DNA of 64,000 nt, taken from assembly GCA_965661285.1 (NCBI GenBank), contig CBFIDD010000001.1:340852-404851 (forward strand). The letters are read 5' to 3'. The translations under genes and the position numbers were made by a program. The DNA is from Poseidonia sp. (GTDB taxonomy: Archaea > Thermoplasmatota > Poseidoniia > Poseidoniales > Poseidoniaceae). The first letter of the stretch is position 1, and each line of letters opens with the position of its first letter. This document shows, piece by piece, positions 26,875-41,241 of this stretch. The notes under the pieces were generated by a model. The model did no database searches. It worked only from the letters and a program-made list of their open reading frames with translations, and was not told the DNA's origin.

Positions 26875-28263
26875 ATGCGAGCAGCCGTTGGATTGGTTCT
26901 CTGCATGCTGTTGGCGTGCATTCCGACAGCAGCAGCGCAATTCGACCCTGAGCGACTCTATGCGTGGCCAGGAGACCCCGTGGACAGCCACGTTCACATG
27001 ACCTGGGCAGCGCTGACGATGGAGGTCAACGAGTGGGCCGATGACTACCCGGAAATTGTGGACTTGACCAGCGCCGGAGAATCCGAACTCGGCAAGACGC
27101 TGTGGGTGGTCCGGCTCTCCGACTGGTCGATGGAGACCAAACCCAACGGTTCGGCGAAGGAAATTGTCTACATCGACGGCGGACACCACGGCAACGAATA
27201 CCTCGGAACAGCCCTCGCTTGGCTCTCTGCGAAGTGGTACATCAACGGCTGGGCCGAAGGCAACGAAGAAGCCATCAATGTCCTGCAAAACACCGAACTT
27301 CACATCCTCATCATGCTCAACCCGGACGGCAACGACATCGACACCCGATGGAACATCAATCAGGTTGACCTCAATCGAAACTACAACCACTACTGGAACA
27401 CCTGCCCCACCACCCAACCCGGGAGCAGCGCTTTTAGTGAATCAGAAACAGCGGCGAACTCGGCTTACATGAACGCCTTCGTCACCGACGCCGACCTCTA
27501 CGTCACCATGCATACAGGCGTTTGGATCATGCTCTACCCTTGGGGGAAGTGGCCCGAACAACCACCCGACTGGGAGTTGTTTTGGCGCATTCGAGAAGAC
27601 GTGCATGCCAACGTTTCAGAAATCCCAATTCAGAACGCTAATCAGGGCCTCTACCCGAACTGTGGCACGAGCCGAGATTACGGGTACGGCATCATGGGCT
27701 TTCCTACATTCACCTTTGAGACCGATGATGAGCAGTTTGTCCCCGGCAGTTTTGAAAATCTCAACGACCGGCTCGGCGAGGAAATGGATGTCATGCGCTT
27801 CCTTATCGACAACGTGTGGTATTGGCGAGCCCGCCTCGATGTGCAATCCATCATCGTAGGCGACGACGACGTGGCCCTTGAGGTCCTCAATCACGGGTTG
27901 GCCTCCACGGCCAACGCCAGCCTGGAATACCATAGCACCACTGGTGAAGTGCTCTGGGCATCACCCTACTTTACTGCGAACGCCTCCAATCTGACGTCAA
28001 TCGCCTTTGATGTGGACGATGACGTGTTCAAGACCGACGGCATGTGGAACCTCAACTACCAAAAGCGCGTCATTAACGCCGCGACGTGGGTCAACGAATC
28101 CGTAGACAGCAACCTCACGGTGTTCCTTGACGAAGAGGACGACCGATTCCTCACCGGCGTCGGCCTCTTCAATCCTCTCGCCGTCATGCTCGGCATCATC
28201 GGTGTTGGCGTTCTTGTTCGAAACGAGGATGAAGACAGCGAAGAAATCAAGCCACGATCGTGA
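26875..28263 (+). CDS. Secreted membrane-anchored M14 zinc carboxypeptidase
   Basis: Signal peptide, DGGHHGNE (HxxE), VDLNRNY, TMHTG, FTFE, C-terminal TM. Confidence 0.9.
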   Translation: MRAAVGLVLCMLLACIPTAAAQFDPERLYAWPGDPVDSHVHMTWAALTMEVNEWADDYPEIVDLTSAGESELGKTLWVVRLSDWSMETKPNGSAKEIVYIDGGHHGNEYLGTALAWLSAKWYINGWAEGNEEAINVLQNTELHILIMLNPDGNDIDTRWNINQVDLNRNYNHYWNTCPTTQPGSSAFSESETAANSAYMNAFVTDADLYVTMHTGVWIMLYPWGKWPEQPPDWELFWRIREDVHANVSEIPIQNANQGLYPNCGTSRDYGYGIMGFPTFTFETDDEQFVPGSFENLNDRLGEEMDVMRFLIDNVWYWRARLDVQSIIVGDDDVALEVLNHGLASTANASLEYHSTTGEVLWASPYFTANASNLTSIAFDVDDDVFKTDGMWNLNYQKRVINAATWVNESVDSNLTVFLDEEDDRFLTGVGLFNPLAVMLGIIGVGVLVRNEDEDSEEIKPRS

Positions 28264-28387
28264 CCGTTTTCACGCCAAGCGCTTGTGCCCGGCGAGGATC
28301 AATGCATCCACAAACCTGCCAGAGTGAGGAAAGAATGGACTGGGAGGGTTGAAGTGTGAGAAATCATTGGGACAGAACGGTGAAAGC

Positions 28388-29881
28388 ATGCAAGTGACCA
28401 TTAGTTCAGGAAACAACATCAACGGAACCCTCATCCTCCCGCTCTTTGAAGGCGAAGAAGCCCTGCCAGAAATTGTTGAAGGCATTCCTTCGAGCCTGAA
28501 GAGCCAGATCAACCGCGTGCTGGGTGATGGTGATTTCAAAGCCAAAGCCAACGCCACGATGACCCTCGCAGGTACCGATGGCGGAAAAGCCATGCTCGTG
28601 GGTCTTGGCAAGGAAGCCAAGGCCGACGTCCACGCCTATCGCGAAGCCGGAGCGACCGTGGTCGCCTCGTGCAAGAAAATTCACGGTGATGAACTAACCA
28701 TCGTGTTTCACGGTGCAGATATGGACTGCATGACCTCGTTTGCAGAGGGCATGATGCTGCGCGATTATTCCTACGACCTCTACAAGAAGAAGGACGACGA
28801 CCACGAAGACACCAACCTCTCGGCTCGAATCAACTGCGATGAAGGCGACGCAACGGCCTTGTCCGCTGCCATCGACCGTGCGGCCTCCATCGTGGGCGGT
28901 GTTCACCTCTCGCGAGACCTCGGCAACTGCCCTCCAAACGACATGTACCCCATGGCGTTCGCTGAGAAAGCGGAGCAATGGGCCAAGCAATACGACAACG
29001 CAAAGGTCGAGATCATCGACTACGAGGCTGCTAAGCGCCACGGCATGGGCGGGCTCGTCGCTGTCGGGATGGGCTCCTCGCGGAAACCCTGCATGGTCAT
29101 CTTCACGCTGAACGGCGACCAGAAAGGACGACATCCCATGCTGGTTGGGAAAGGCATCACCTTTGACACGGGCGGCATTTCGCTCAAGCCCGGTGCAAAC
29201 ATGGATGAAATGAAGTACGACATGGGTGGTTCTGCCACGGTGTTCGGGACCATGGAAGCGCTCGCCTCCAGCGGCTACCCGGGCAAGGTTGTCGCCATCA
29301 CCTGCATGGCCGAGAACATGCCGGCCGCCAACGCTCAGCGACCCGGCGACGTCATCACCACCCTCTCGGGCAAGACCATCGAAGTGCTCAACACGGACGC
29401 TGAAGGCCGACTGGTGCTTTCCGATGGCCTGTGGAAGGCCGGGACTGACTACGACCCGGAATACATCGTGGACTTTGCCACCCTCACCGGCGCCTGCGTC
29501 GTTGCCCTTGGCCACGAAGCCACCGGACTCTGGTCCAACGACGACGACTTCCGCACCCGCATTCACGAAGCAGGCAACGATGTCGGCGAGCTCGCTTGGC
29601 CCATGCCGCTCTTGCCCGCCTTTGAGAAGGAAATGACCGACTCTAAAATCGCCGACACCCGCAACCTCGGTGCCGGTCGATGGGGCGGCGCCAACACCGC
29701 TGCTGCGTTCCTCAAGCAATTCGTTCCCAACCGTGACGAAGGCGACGACGCCGAACAAATCACCTGGGCTCACATGGACATCGCCGGAACCTACTGGGGT
29801 GCCAAGACCAACAAGATGGTCGGCCACGGCGCCACGGGCATTCACGTCCGAACCATGGTTCGACTGATCACCGGCGAGTGA
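28388..29881 (+). CDS. pepA: Leucyl aminopeptidase (M17)
   Basis: VGKGITFDTGGISLKP, MKYDMGG, NTDAEGRLVL, DFATLTGA, WAHMDIAG. Confidence 0.96.
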   Translation: MQVTISSGNNINGTLILPLFEGEEALPEIVEGIPSSLKSQINRVLGDGDFKAKANATMTLAGTDGGKAMLVGLGKEAKADVHAYREAGATVVASCKKIHGDELTIVFHGADMDCMTSFAEGMMLRDYSYDLYKKKDDDHEDTNLSARINCDEGDATALSAAIDRAASIVGGVHLSRDLGNCPPNDMYPMAFAEKAEQWAKQYDNAKVEIIDYEAAKRHGMGGLVAVGMGSSRKPCMVIFTLNGDQKGRHPMLVGKGITFDTGGISLKPGANMDEMKYDMGGSATVFGTMEALASSGYPGKVVAITCMAENMPAANAQRPGDVITTLSGKTIEVLNTDAEGRLVLSDGLWKAGTDYDPEYIVDFATLTGACVVALGHEATGLWSNDDDFRTRIHEAGNDVGELAWPMPLLPAFEKEMTDSKIADTRNLGAGRWGGANTAAAFLKQFVPNRDEGDDAEQITWAHMDIAGTYWGAKTNKMVGHGATGIHVRTMVRLITGE

Positions 29882-29995
29882 ACCAGGACGCTAGCAATAA
29901 ACGGTTTTGACCCGTTCACGACTTTTTGCCTTCAAATGCGTTGGCTCCGCAAGGTTGGTCCAGCCCATCCAACTCAGCACACCGGTTTCATTAGA

Positions 29996-30002
29996 TTTAT
30001 AT
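29996..30002 (+). promoter_or_regulatory. Putative TATA box of the sHSP-dnaK-thermosome cluster
   Basis: TTTATAT about 55 nt upstream of ATG 30056. Confidence 0.5.
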
Positions 30003-30055
30003 GGGGTTGCATCTTGGGAATTACACAACCGATGGTTTAGTAGTGGTGGACGGGG

Positions 30056-30742
30056 ATGGCAGACGACTGGGAAGACGACATGCTGGACAAACTCGAGGAG
30101 ATGCTCCGAAACATGGGCATGCCCATCACCCGCGACCAACTCAAGGGCTTCATGAACCAGTTCAAGGACCAGTTCGAGGCCCTCGGCATCAACCCTGAGA
30201 AAATCGCAAATGGTGAGGTGAACTTCAACTTCGACATCTCAGACATTTCAAAGATGTTCAACGCCGGGACCTCTGTCGAGGACCTGTTCAAGAACCTCGG
30301 CATGGACATCCGTGTGGACGCCGCACCTGTAGAAATCGACCCCTCTGCTCTCGAATCCAAAGATGATGAAACCGTCAAACTGCCAGCAGAAGACGTGTAC
30401 CTTGACGGTTGGAACATGTCGGTGACCCTCGACTTCGCCCTCAAAGGCGACATTGAATCGGACCACCTCGAAATTGAACTCATCAAGAACGGTTCTCAAA
30501 TCGAAATCATGCGCACCACCCAACCCAAGCCCCTGGCGCTGGTGGAACTCCCCCACCCCTGCGATGATGTGGTGGATTGGACCTTGAACAACGGCATTCT
30601 CGACATCACCCTGAAACTAACGCCTCAAGGAAAGGCGTTGGAAGGGGATGATGACGACACCCTCCCTGCCCCGGGGGAGGTGAGCATCGACCTCGGCGAC
30701 GATGACGATGACGAAGACGACGGTGGCATCCCCATCTTTTGA
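30056..30742 (+). CDS. Small heat-shock protein (Hsp20/alpha-crystallin-like)
   Basis: VELP...[12 protein letters not shown] alpha-crystallin end, C-terminal IPI (IxI) motif, immediately upstream of dnaK. Confidence 0.7.
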   Translation: MADDWEDDMLDKLEEMLRNMGMPITRDQLKGFMNQFKDQFEALGINPEKIANGEVNFNFDISDISKMFNAGTSVEDLFKNLGMDIRVDAAPVEIDPSALESKDDETVKLPAEDVYLDGWNMSVTLDFALKGDIESDHLEIELIKNGSQIEIMRTTQPKPLALVELPHPCDDVVDWTLNNGILDITLKLTPQGKALEGDDDDTLPAPGEVSIDLGDDDDDEDDGGIPIF

Positions 30743-30756
30743 AGGACGTGAAAACA

Positions 30757-32640
<1,884 letters not shown>

Positions 32641-32698
32641 AAAGACCTTCAACAGCCTCAAGCGCTTGCCTTATGGGGAAGCGACCGGTGGATGAACC

Positions 32699-34291
32699 AT
32701 GAGCGAAGTCCCCATTCTCAAGGAGACCACGCGCTCAACAGGGCGTGAAGCGCTTCGAAACAACATCGCCGCCGCCATGGCACTGGCAGGCGCTGTTCGC
32801 AGCACGCTGGGTCCGCTCGGTCAAGACAAATTGCTCATCGACGATGAAGGCCGCACCATGGTCACCAACGACGGGGTCACCGTTCTCGAGTCGGCCAAGG
32901 TGGAACACCCCGTAGCCAACATGCTCATCAACGCTTCAACCACCCAAGACCGCATCGCCCGAGACGGAACGACCAGCGCCGTCTTGCTGTCGGCTGAACT
33001 TCTGCAAAACGCTTGGGAACTCGTCCTTCAGGGCATCCACCCTTCGGCCATCGCACGAGGGTACCGTCAAGCCGAAGAAGCCTGCAGGACGCACTTTGAA
33101 CACCTCGTTATCGAAGCCACCGACGACCACATGTTGGCTGCAGCCACCACATCACTTTCGGGGAAAATTCACCAAGCGATGCAGCACCACCTATCCGCTC
33201 TCGCCGTTACAGCCGCCCAAGCGGTGGTCGAACAACGGCCGTCTGGCCCCGTCGCCGACCCCACCCGAGTGAAAATTCTGACCCAAACGGGTGGGAGCAT
33301 GGCCGATTCCTCCCTTGTCACCGGACTCGTTCTGGCCAAGAAACGCATTTCAGATCGCATGCCAAAGCAACTTTCCTCCGGCAAAATCGCCCTGGTCGAT
33401 GGAGGCTTGGAGCGACGTGAACTGATGAGCAACGTCAAACTCAACGTGTCCAATACCGGCGTCCTCGAAGGTTTTCGCCAAAAAGAGAGGGCCGTCTTGT
33501 TAGAGCAGATCAATCACCTTGTGGACCTCGGCGTGACGCTCCTCGCTTGCAAAGAAGGGATTGATGACGACCTCCACGCTGCACTGACCGAAGCAGGCAT
33601 CCAAGCCTATCGTCGCGTCTCGCGAGCAGATCTTGACCTGCTGGCCCGTGGCACCAACGCCACACTCAACAAGGACATCAAAGGCCTCACATCGGACGAC
33701 ATCGGGGTCTTCATTCAAAGCCGAAACGAACGATGGAACGGCGTCATGCATTGGATTGTTGAAACCGAAGAGGGGGGAGCGACCTTCATCGCCAAAGGGT
33801 CCACCAACGAAACGGTGGGAGAAGTCGAGCGATGCTTTGCTGATGCCTTGGGCGTCGCCTGTCAATTGCTGGAAGAACCCGTTCTTTTACCGGGCGGTGG
33901 TGCAACACAAATCGCCCTTGCTCGACACCTGCGTCGCTTTGCAGAGGGCTTTGCGGGGCGGGAACAACTGGCGATTGAAGCCTTTGCTGATGCGCTTGAA
34001 ATCATCCCCCGAACACTGGCACAAAACGCCGGATTGGACCCGCTTGACACGTTGCTTCAAACCGTCGCTCAGCAGACGACCGATGGAGGAGAAAACGCTC
34101 ACTTCATCGGTCTAAATGTCGAGAAGAAACACCCTGCCAATATGGTCGAAGACGGCGTTGTCGAACCGCTCCGCATCACGCGCCAAGTCCTTGCCGGTGC
34201 AACGGAAGCGGCGTTGTCCGTTCTGAGAATCGACGATGTGTTGTGGGCCAAACAAGACCCTACGGTCCCAGAAATTGATAGTGAGGATTGA
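32699..34291 (+). CDS. Group II chaperonin (thermosome subunit), divergent paralogue
   Basis: [65 protein letters not shown]. Confidence 0.92.
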   Translation: MSEVPILKETTRSTGREALRNNIAAAMALAGAVRSTLGPLGQDKLLIDDEGRTMVTNDGVTVLESAKVEHPVANMLINASTTQDRIARDGTTSAVLLSAELLQNAWELVLQGIHPSAIARGYRQAEEACRTHFEHLVIEATDDHMLAAATTSLSGKIHQAMQHHLSALAVTAAQAVVEQRPSGPVADPTRVKILTQTGGSMADSSLVTGLVLAKKRISDRMPKQLSSGKIALVDGGLERRELMSNVKLNVSNTGVLEGFRQKERAVLLEQINHLVDLGVTLLACKEGIDDDLHAALTEAGIQAYRRVSRADLDLLARGTNATLNKDIKGLTSDDIGVFIQSRNERWNGVMHWIVETEEGGATFIAKGSTNETVGEVERCFADALGVACQLLEEPVLLPGGGATQIALARHLRRFAEGFAGREQLAIEAFADALEIIPRTLAQNAGLDPLDTLLQTVAQQTTDGGENAHFIGLNVEKKHPANMVEDGVVEPLRITRQVLAGATEAALSVLRIDDVLWAKQDPTVPEIDSED

Positions 34292-34348
34292 GAAAAAGTA
34301 CCTTGGCTGAAACCAGCCCTTGATATAGCGGATGACTGAGGGCTGACG

Positions 34349-35920
34349 GTGCCCCCTCAAGATGAAAACCCCGTTGGCATTGATGATATCGCCATCCATT
34401 TTCCTCGTCTCTACATGGACATGAGGGACTTTGCAGACCTTCGTGGAGCAGACTACGGCAAACTGAACAAAGGGCTCGGCCTCGAAGCCATGGCCATCCC
34501 TGACGTGCATGAAGACACGGCCACCATGGGCGCCATGGCCGTGATGCAACTCATCGACCGCAATGGATTGGACCCTCGCACCATCGGACGCATGTACTTG
34601 GGAACCGAGTCGGCTCTTGACGGGGCAAAACCAACGGCCACCTACATCGTCGACATGTTAACGCAACGCTATGCTAAACGCTTCGGAGAAGACTGTTTCC
34701 AGACGTGTGACGTGGTCGACATGACCTTTGCTTGCATCGGTGCCGTCGATGCGCTCCACACCACGCTTGACTGGGTGGCCCGTTCAAACGAAAACGACGA
34801 GCGAATCGGTATCGTCATCTTCTCTGACAACGCAAAATACGCGCTCGAATCCTCCGGTGAATACACCCAAGGAGCGGGCGGCGGCGCCCTCTTGATTCGC
34901 CGAAATCCCAGGCTTCTTGAAATCCCTGACTGCATCGGTGTTTCAACCACACCGGTTCATGATTTCTTCAAACCCCGCCGGGAAGTCTCGATACGCTCGG
35001 TCATTTCCAATGTCATGCAGCTTGCCCAAGAAGCGGGTCAAACGGTCAAAAAGGGCCTTATTGAACGCATGATCCGCCATCTTCCAAAATCCACGGTTCG
35101 GAAACTTGGTATTTTTGCCCACGGCGAGGAAAAGGTCAGTGTCCATCGAGACGACCCTGTCTTTGACGGCCAGTTCTCCAACCGTTGCTACCAGAACGCA
35201 GTCCGACAGGCTTTCTACGATTTCAGTCAGAAAGCCGAGCGAGGTGGGCGCATCAACCCAAAGACCGATGAGCCGTTCACCGAGCAGTGGTCTCGCATCA
35301 TCATGCACCTCCCCTACGCCTACCAAGCCAAGCGCATGTTCCCCGACGTGTTCCGCCATGACCGAGAACACACGGCGATGTGGGAGGACGTGGTTGCCGC
35401 CATTGGGCCCATGCCCGAACAGCCAGAATTGAAGAGCAGTGCGGCTTTGGAAACATGGGAAAAAGAGAAGGATGCCTACCGACGCATGATTTCCAAAACA
35501 CCGCAGTATGCCGAATTCCACGCTGCACGCATCGAAAAAGGGCAGCGGGCGAGCAGCCTGATTGGAAACCAATACACGGGTTCAATCTTCCTTGCCTTGA
35601 TGTCCACTTTCGAATCCGACCTCGAAGACAATTCCAACCTAGACAACATGCTGTTTGGTATGTGCGGGTACGGCTCGGGAGCCAAGGCGAAGGTGTTTGA
35701 AGGAAAGGTGAACCCCCGCTGGCGAGAAGTCGTGGCCACCTGGCGTCTGTTTGAACGCCTTGCTGGACGCATGGCCATCGACCACGTCACCTACGAAAAT
35801 CTCCACAAAGGCACCCAAGACAGCAGCGTCATCGAGCCCAAGGGCGAATTTGCGCTGGTCGATATCGGAGAAGAAGGTGTGGACGAGGGCGCTCGTCGCT
35901 ACCGATGGATCAAGGCCTGA
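34349..35920 (+). CDS. Hydroxymethylglutaryl-CoA synthase, long bacterial-like form
   Basis: LGTES (Glu), FACIG (Cys), GEYTQGAG, HDFFKP, MHLPY (His), IGNQYTGS, GYGSG. Confidence 0.9.
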   Translation: MPPQDENPVGIDDIAIHFPRLYMDMRDFADLRGADYGKLNKGLGLEAMAIPDVHEDTATMGAMAVMQLIDRNGLDPRTIGRMYLGTESALDGAKPTATYIVDMLTQRYAKRFGEDCFQTCDVVDMTFACIGAVDALHTTLDWVARSNENDERIGIVIFSDNAKYALESSGEYTQGAGGGALLIRRNPRLLEIPDCIGVSTTPVHDFFKPRREVSIRSVISNVMQLAQEAGQTVKKGLIERMIRHLPKSTVRKLGIFAHGEEKVSVHRDDPVFDGQFSNRCYQNAVRQAFYDFSQKAERGGRINPKTDEPFTEQWSRIIMHLPYAYQAKRMFPDVFRHDREHTAMWEDVVAAIGPMPEQPELKSSAALETWEKEKDAYRRMISKTPQYAEFHAARIEKGQRASSLIGNQYTGSIFLALMSTFESDLEDNSNLDNMLFGMCGYGSGAKAKVFEGKVNPRWREVVATWRLFERLAGRMAIDHVTYENLHKGTQDSSVIEPKGEFALVDIGEEGVDEGARRYRWIKA

Positions 35921-35923
35921 CCA

Positions 35924-36976
35924 TCAGAAATCCAGAACGACCTTGCCGCAGTTGCCTCTCATCGCCAACTGCACGGCGTCTTCAAACGCATCAATGCCCA
36001 TACGATGCGTGAGAACCTTGTCGACATCAATGGCACCTCGCCCGAGAAGATCGTGCATGGTTTCCCATGTTGACCACATTTTCCGGCCGTTGATACCTTT
36101 GAGGTGAAGATAGCGGAACACCACCTCGTTCATTGGGACCTCGGGCATGGATTGGCCATACACGGAAAGAATGTTCACGTAACCGCCCATTCGAGTGGAA
36201 TGGATGGCGTTTGAGAGCGCCGAAGCCGCCCCTGAAAATTCGCAGCTGTTGTCCACGCCCCGGCCCTCGGTCGCCTCGAGGATAGAAGCGACCACGTCGT
36301 CGTCCTTCCCGAGGACGAGGTCGGCGCCAAGTTCCTTGGCGAGGTTCATTCGGTAGGCGTTGTCCCAATCCACCGCAATGACAAGGCTGGCGCCCATGGC
36401 CTTTGCGGCGTTAACGGCGAACAAGCCGATCGGACCCAACCCGTGCACCGCCACCGTCGCCCCATCAACCGGCCCACCGGTCAACGTATGGATGGCGTTT
36501 CCAAGCGGGTCTTGGATAGAGGCATGGCCGGGGTCAAGACCTTCAGGAACATGTCGCGCGTTGACGGCTGGAATCACGAAAAAAGGAGCGAACGCCCCGT
36601 TTCCGTGAACGCCGAAAATAGAGCCGTTCTCACACACATGAGCGTTCCCTTCGTCGCAACGAGGGCAGTCCCAACAAGCCAAATGGCATTCAATGGCCAC
36701 ATGGTCGCCCAAGGCGTGGGTGGAGACACCGTCGCCCAAGGCCACAATCCGGCCGCTCGTCTCGTGCCCGGTCACGGTTCCCAACGGGACATTGGCTCGG
36801 CTCCATTCGTCCCACTTCCAGATGTGAAGGTCCGTCCCGCACACGGAGGTTGACTGTGTTTGAACAAGCACTTCTCCCGGACCAGGGCTCGGCACGGTGT
36901 GCTCTTCGAGCGTGAACCCTCCGACCTCTGGACATGTTTTTGTCCACGCCATCATGGTCGTCGGTACCTCGCTCAT
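35924..36976 (-). CDS. tdh: Zn-dependent dehydrogenase, probable L-threonine 3-dehydrogenase
   Basis: SVCGTDLHIWKWDEW, GHE, CWDCPRC....HVC, DPLGNAIHT, GLGPIG, GINGRKMWSTW. Confidence 0.88.
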   Translation of the reverse strand: MSEVPTTMMAWTKTCPEVGGFTLEEHTVPSPGPGEVLVQTQSTSVCGTDLHIWKWDEWSRANVPLGTVTGHETSGRIVALGDGVSTHALGDHVAIECHLACWDCPRCDEGNAHVCENGSIFGVHGNGAFAPFFVIPAVNARHVPEGLDPGHASIQDPLGNAIHTLTGGPVDGATVAVHGLGPIGLFAVNAAKAMGASLVIAVDWDNAYRMNLAKELGADLVLGKDDDVVASILEATEGRGVDNSCEFSGAASALSNAIHSTRMGGYVNILSVYGQSMPEVPMNEVVFRYLHLKGINGRKMWSTWETMHDLLGRGAIDVDKVLTHRMGIDAFEDAVQLAMRGNCGKVVLDF

Positions 36977-37090
36977 CCCTCGCCCTCGTGATGGTCTTCC
37001 TTGGGCACCTTTTCATCCTTCGGTCATCTCAGTTTGAGGCGCGATTGTGGAACTTGTTCGGTATGTTGATTAGGTAGGCGCGAGGCCTAA

Positions 37091-38734
<1,644 letters not shown>

Positions 38735-38739
38735 TGCGT

Positions 38740-39465
38740 TCAATCGGCTTTTTCCTTCACCCAGCCATCCACCAGTTGTGGAAGGAGTTCCCCTGCTTTA
38801 CCCAAATGAATCTCATCAAAGGCATCCACGTTCATCGGTGCCTCGGCATTCACCAATACGGTATGCGCCCCGTTGGCTCGAGCGATGTGGACGAGGTCGG
38901 CAGCAGGGTAGACATGGCCTGAACTGCCCACCACAATGAACACCTTGCAGGCATCAACCGCGGCATAAATCTCCGCCATGAACATCGGTTGTTCACCAAA
39001 CCATACGATATCGGGGCGAACGCGCTGAGGCTCCGCACAGCAGGTGCAGGTGAGAAAATCATCGCCGAGGTCGCTGTCCTCCATGCGAACCTCGCTGCGC
39101 CCGCTGACTTCACAGCGTAGGGTTTGCAATTGCCCGTGCATGTGAATGACATCCTCGCTGCCACCTCGTTCGTGCAAATCGTCGACGTTTTGCGTGATGA
39201 GAAGCACGTGGTCCAAGCCTTGTTCCAACGCTGCCAGTGCGACATGGGCCGGATTCGGTTCCACCTCGTTCAATTGACGGCGGCGGGCCTGGTAGAACCT
39301 CCAAACCAATTCGGGGTCGGCACGCCATGCTTGTGGGGTCGCGACGTCTTCGATGCGGTGCTCGTCCCACAAGCCGTCGTTATCCCTGAAGGTTCGAATC
39401 CCCGATTCCGCCGATACACCTGCGCCTGTCAGCACCACCACACGTTTTCCTTGCATGACCATCAC
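38740..39465 (-). CDS. cobB: NAD-dependent protein deacylase (sirtuin, CobB class III)
   Basis: LTGAGVSAESGIRTFR, FYQARR (Tyr/Arg desuccinylase pair), TQNVDDLHERGG, HMHG, RPDIVWFGE. Confidence 0.93.
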   Translation of the reverse strand: MMVMQGKRVVVLTGAGVSAESGIRTFRDNDGLWDEHRIEDVATPQAWRADPELVWRFYQARRRQLNEVEPNPAHVALAALEQGLDHVLLITQNVDDLHERGGSEDVIHMHGQLQTLRCEVSGRSEVRMEDSDLGDDFLTCTCCAEPQRVRPDIVWFGEQPMFMAEIYAAVDACKVFIVVGSSGHVYPAADLVHIARANGAHTVLVNAEAPMNVDAFDEIHLGKAGELLPQLVDGWVKEKAD

Positions 39466-39549
39466 ACCGTGTTGAGAATATCTGAACCAAACATGAGGGC
39501 TTCATGGTGCGAATTTTTCACAAAATCGGCCGAGATCACGAAACGAGGT

Positions 39550-40734
39550 TCACAGTTCTGCGACACGAATGAGACGCGTCGTCCGGAAACCCTGCAGGAT
39601 TTTGATGAACCGCTTGGCTTGGAACTCAGCGTCGAGGTGCTCGTCTCCGGTGTCAATACGGACGGCATCGAGGCCGATCAGCTTTGACGGCGTGGCCACC
39701 CCGAGGATGTTTCCGTGTCCAATGCGCCGAAGCACCTCGGGAGAAAGCTGCAGATTCCCACGTCCGATGAGGAAGCCCTGTCCGCCCATGGGGGAGAGAA
39801 GTAGGAGAAGAGGGCGCTGCCCGTCTTCGTTTTCATGTCCGCCGATCACCTCGAGAAGACCGTCTTCGTTGAGGTCCTGATGCAGCGTATCGCCGTGTTG
39901 AACGTCAATACCGAGGAGGGTCAAGTCCTGATCCAGATGCTCACCCATGCGTCGTAGCGTGCCGCCGCTGCCCCACACAACCATCAAATCAGGTTCATCC
40001 TCAAGGAGACTCGAAACGTGGTGTGCCAATCCTTCAATCGTGTCTTCTTCACTGACACGTTCGACCTGTTCCTTGGCACCTTGCATGAAGCGCGGAGAGG
40101 AAGGCGTCCAGGCCTCACCGTACATTCGCACTTTCCATTCCCCTTTGGCGTAGACCGTCTCGTCAAGGTCCATGACCTCGGTGATGGCCGTGCGCAAATC
40201 GCCCAGGGCAAAGGAAAGCACAACCTCTGCTGCCGCCTTTGGCGTCGTGGCAAAACAGCCCGAATGCATTTTCACGCCACCGGGTACACCGATGAGGGCG
40301 ATTTTTTGGGCCTCTGCGCCCATGGTTTCGAGGGTGTTGACGATGTCGCGAGTGGTTCCATCGCCACCGGCGTAGACCAAGGCCTCCACCCCACCCTCTA
40401 CCAAATCACGAACAAGGCTTGCCGTATCTTCGGGTGATGTGGTTGAAGGCGTTTGCCCGAGAACGTCGACCGAAAACGGGGCATCATCGCTGAATTCGGG
40501 CAACCATGTCCCGCCCATGCGACCCTCCCAAACCAGCAGGTCGAGTGTGACATCACTTCGATTCAAGGAGGACGATGCGAGGGCAACGAGATGTTCAAGG
40601 CATTGTTGCATGCGAGGGCCAGCACGATCTACGGCACCCGCCGCCCGCGCCTCCTCGGCACGACCGTCGCTGCCTTTGAAGCCCAATTTACCCCCTAAAC
40701 CTGCGTCGGGGTTGACTACGATGCCAAGGCGCAT
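39550..40734 (-). CDS. ATP-NAD kinase-like family protein (COG3199-type)
   Basis: GIVVNPDAGLGG..GFKGSDG, AGGDGTTRD, GVPGGVKMHSGCFA, GGQGFLIGRGNLQLS; start 40734 inferred. Confidence 0.85.
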   Translation of the reverse strand: MRLGIVVNPDAGLGGKLGFKGSDGRAEEARAAGAVDRAGPRMQQCLEHLVALASSSLNRSDVTLDLLVWEGRMGGTWLPEFSDDAPFSVDVLGQTPSTTSPEDTASLVRDLVEGGVEALVYAGGDGTTRDIVNTLETMGAEAQKIALIGVPGGVKMHSGCFATTPKAAAEVVLSFALGDLRTAITEVMDLDETVYAKGEWKVRMYGEAWTPSSPRFMQGAKEQVERVSEEDTIEGLAHHVSSLLEDEPDLMVVWGSGGTLRRMGEHLDQDLTLLGIDVQHGDTLHQDLNEDGLLEVIGGHENEDGQRPLLLLLSPMGGQGFLIGRGNLQLSPEVLRRIGHGNILGVATPSKLIGLDAVRIDTGDEHLDAEFQAKRFIKILQGFRTTRLIRVAEL

Positions 40735-40842
40735 GGCGATGCGTGGCGGCCCCCCCTCAAATAGACCTGCATGCTCACACTTCACACCCTTCATGGTCCA
40801 AACCACCCGAGCCTTCATGTGCATGAGGCGGGATGGAACATC

Positions 40843-41160
40843 ATGAAACGAGCCCCGGCGGACAGGCCCAACCTCGATGATGTGCTCGCACGAGATTTCG
40901 CAGAACTCAAGGTCGGAGAAGCCAACATCACGACCGAAGAAACGCCTGCCGTAGAGAAAAAAACAGCCCCCGAAGTCGCGCAGGCCCCCAGTACCCCGAA
41001 GGTCTACAACCAACGCATCGATGCCGTTGAGGACCGAGAAGCGTTCGTGGTGCGTGCTCCTGCATCAGAAGCACCCGCTGAGAAAACGGAACGCCCCGAG
41101 CGAACGGTGCTTAAAGCCCCCTCAACACAACCAGGCGATGACTTTGACGTGGACTGGTAG
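40843..41160 (+). CDS. Hypothetical, probably disordered protein
   Basis: P/E/A/T-rich ORF ending DDFDVDW; fills gap before thrS. Confidence 0.6.
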   Translation: MKRAPADRPNLDDVLARDFAELKVGEANITTEETPAVEKKTAPEVAQAPSTPKVYNQRIDAVEDREAFVVRAPASEAPAEKTERPERTVLKAPSTQPGDDFDVDW

Positions 41161-41241
41161 AACCCTCCGCAAGGGCGCGGAGAGAGCGCGGGATTCATAG
41201 CGAAGATTCAACCCCGTAGGGGCTGAGGAGACTTCGAAATC

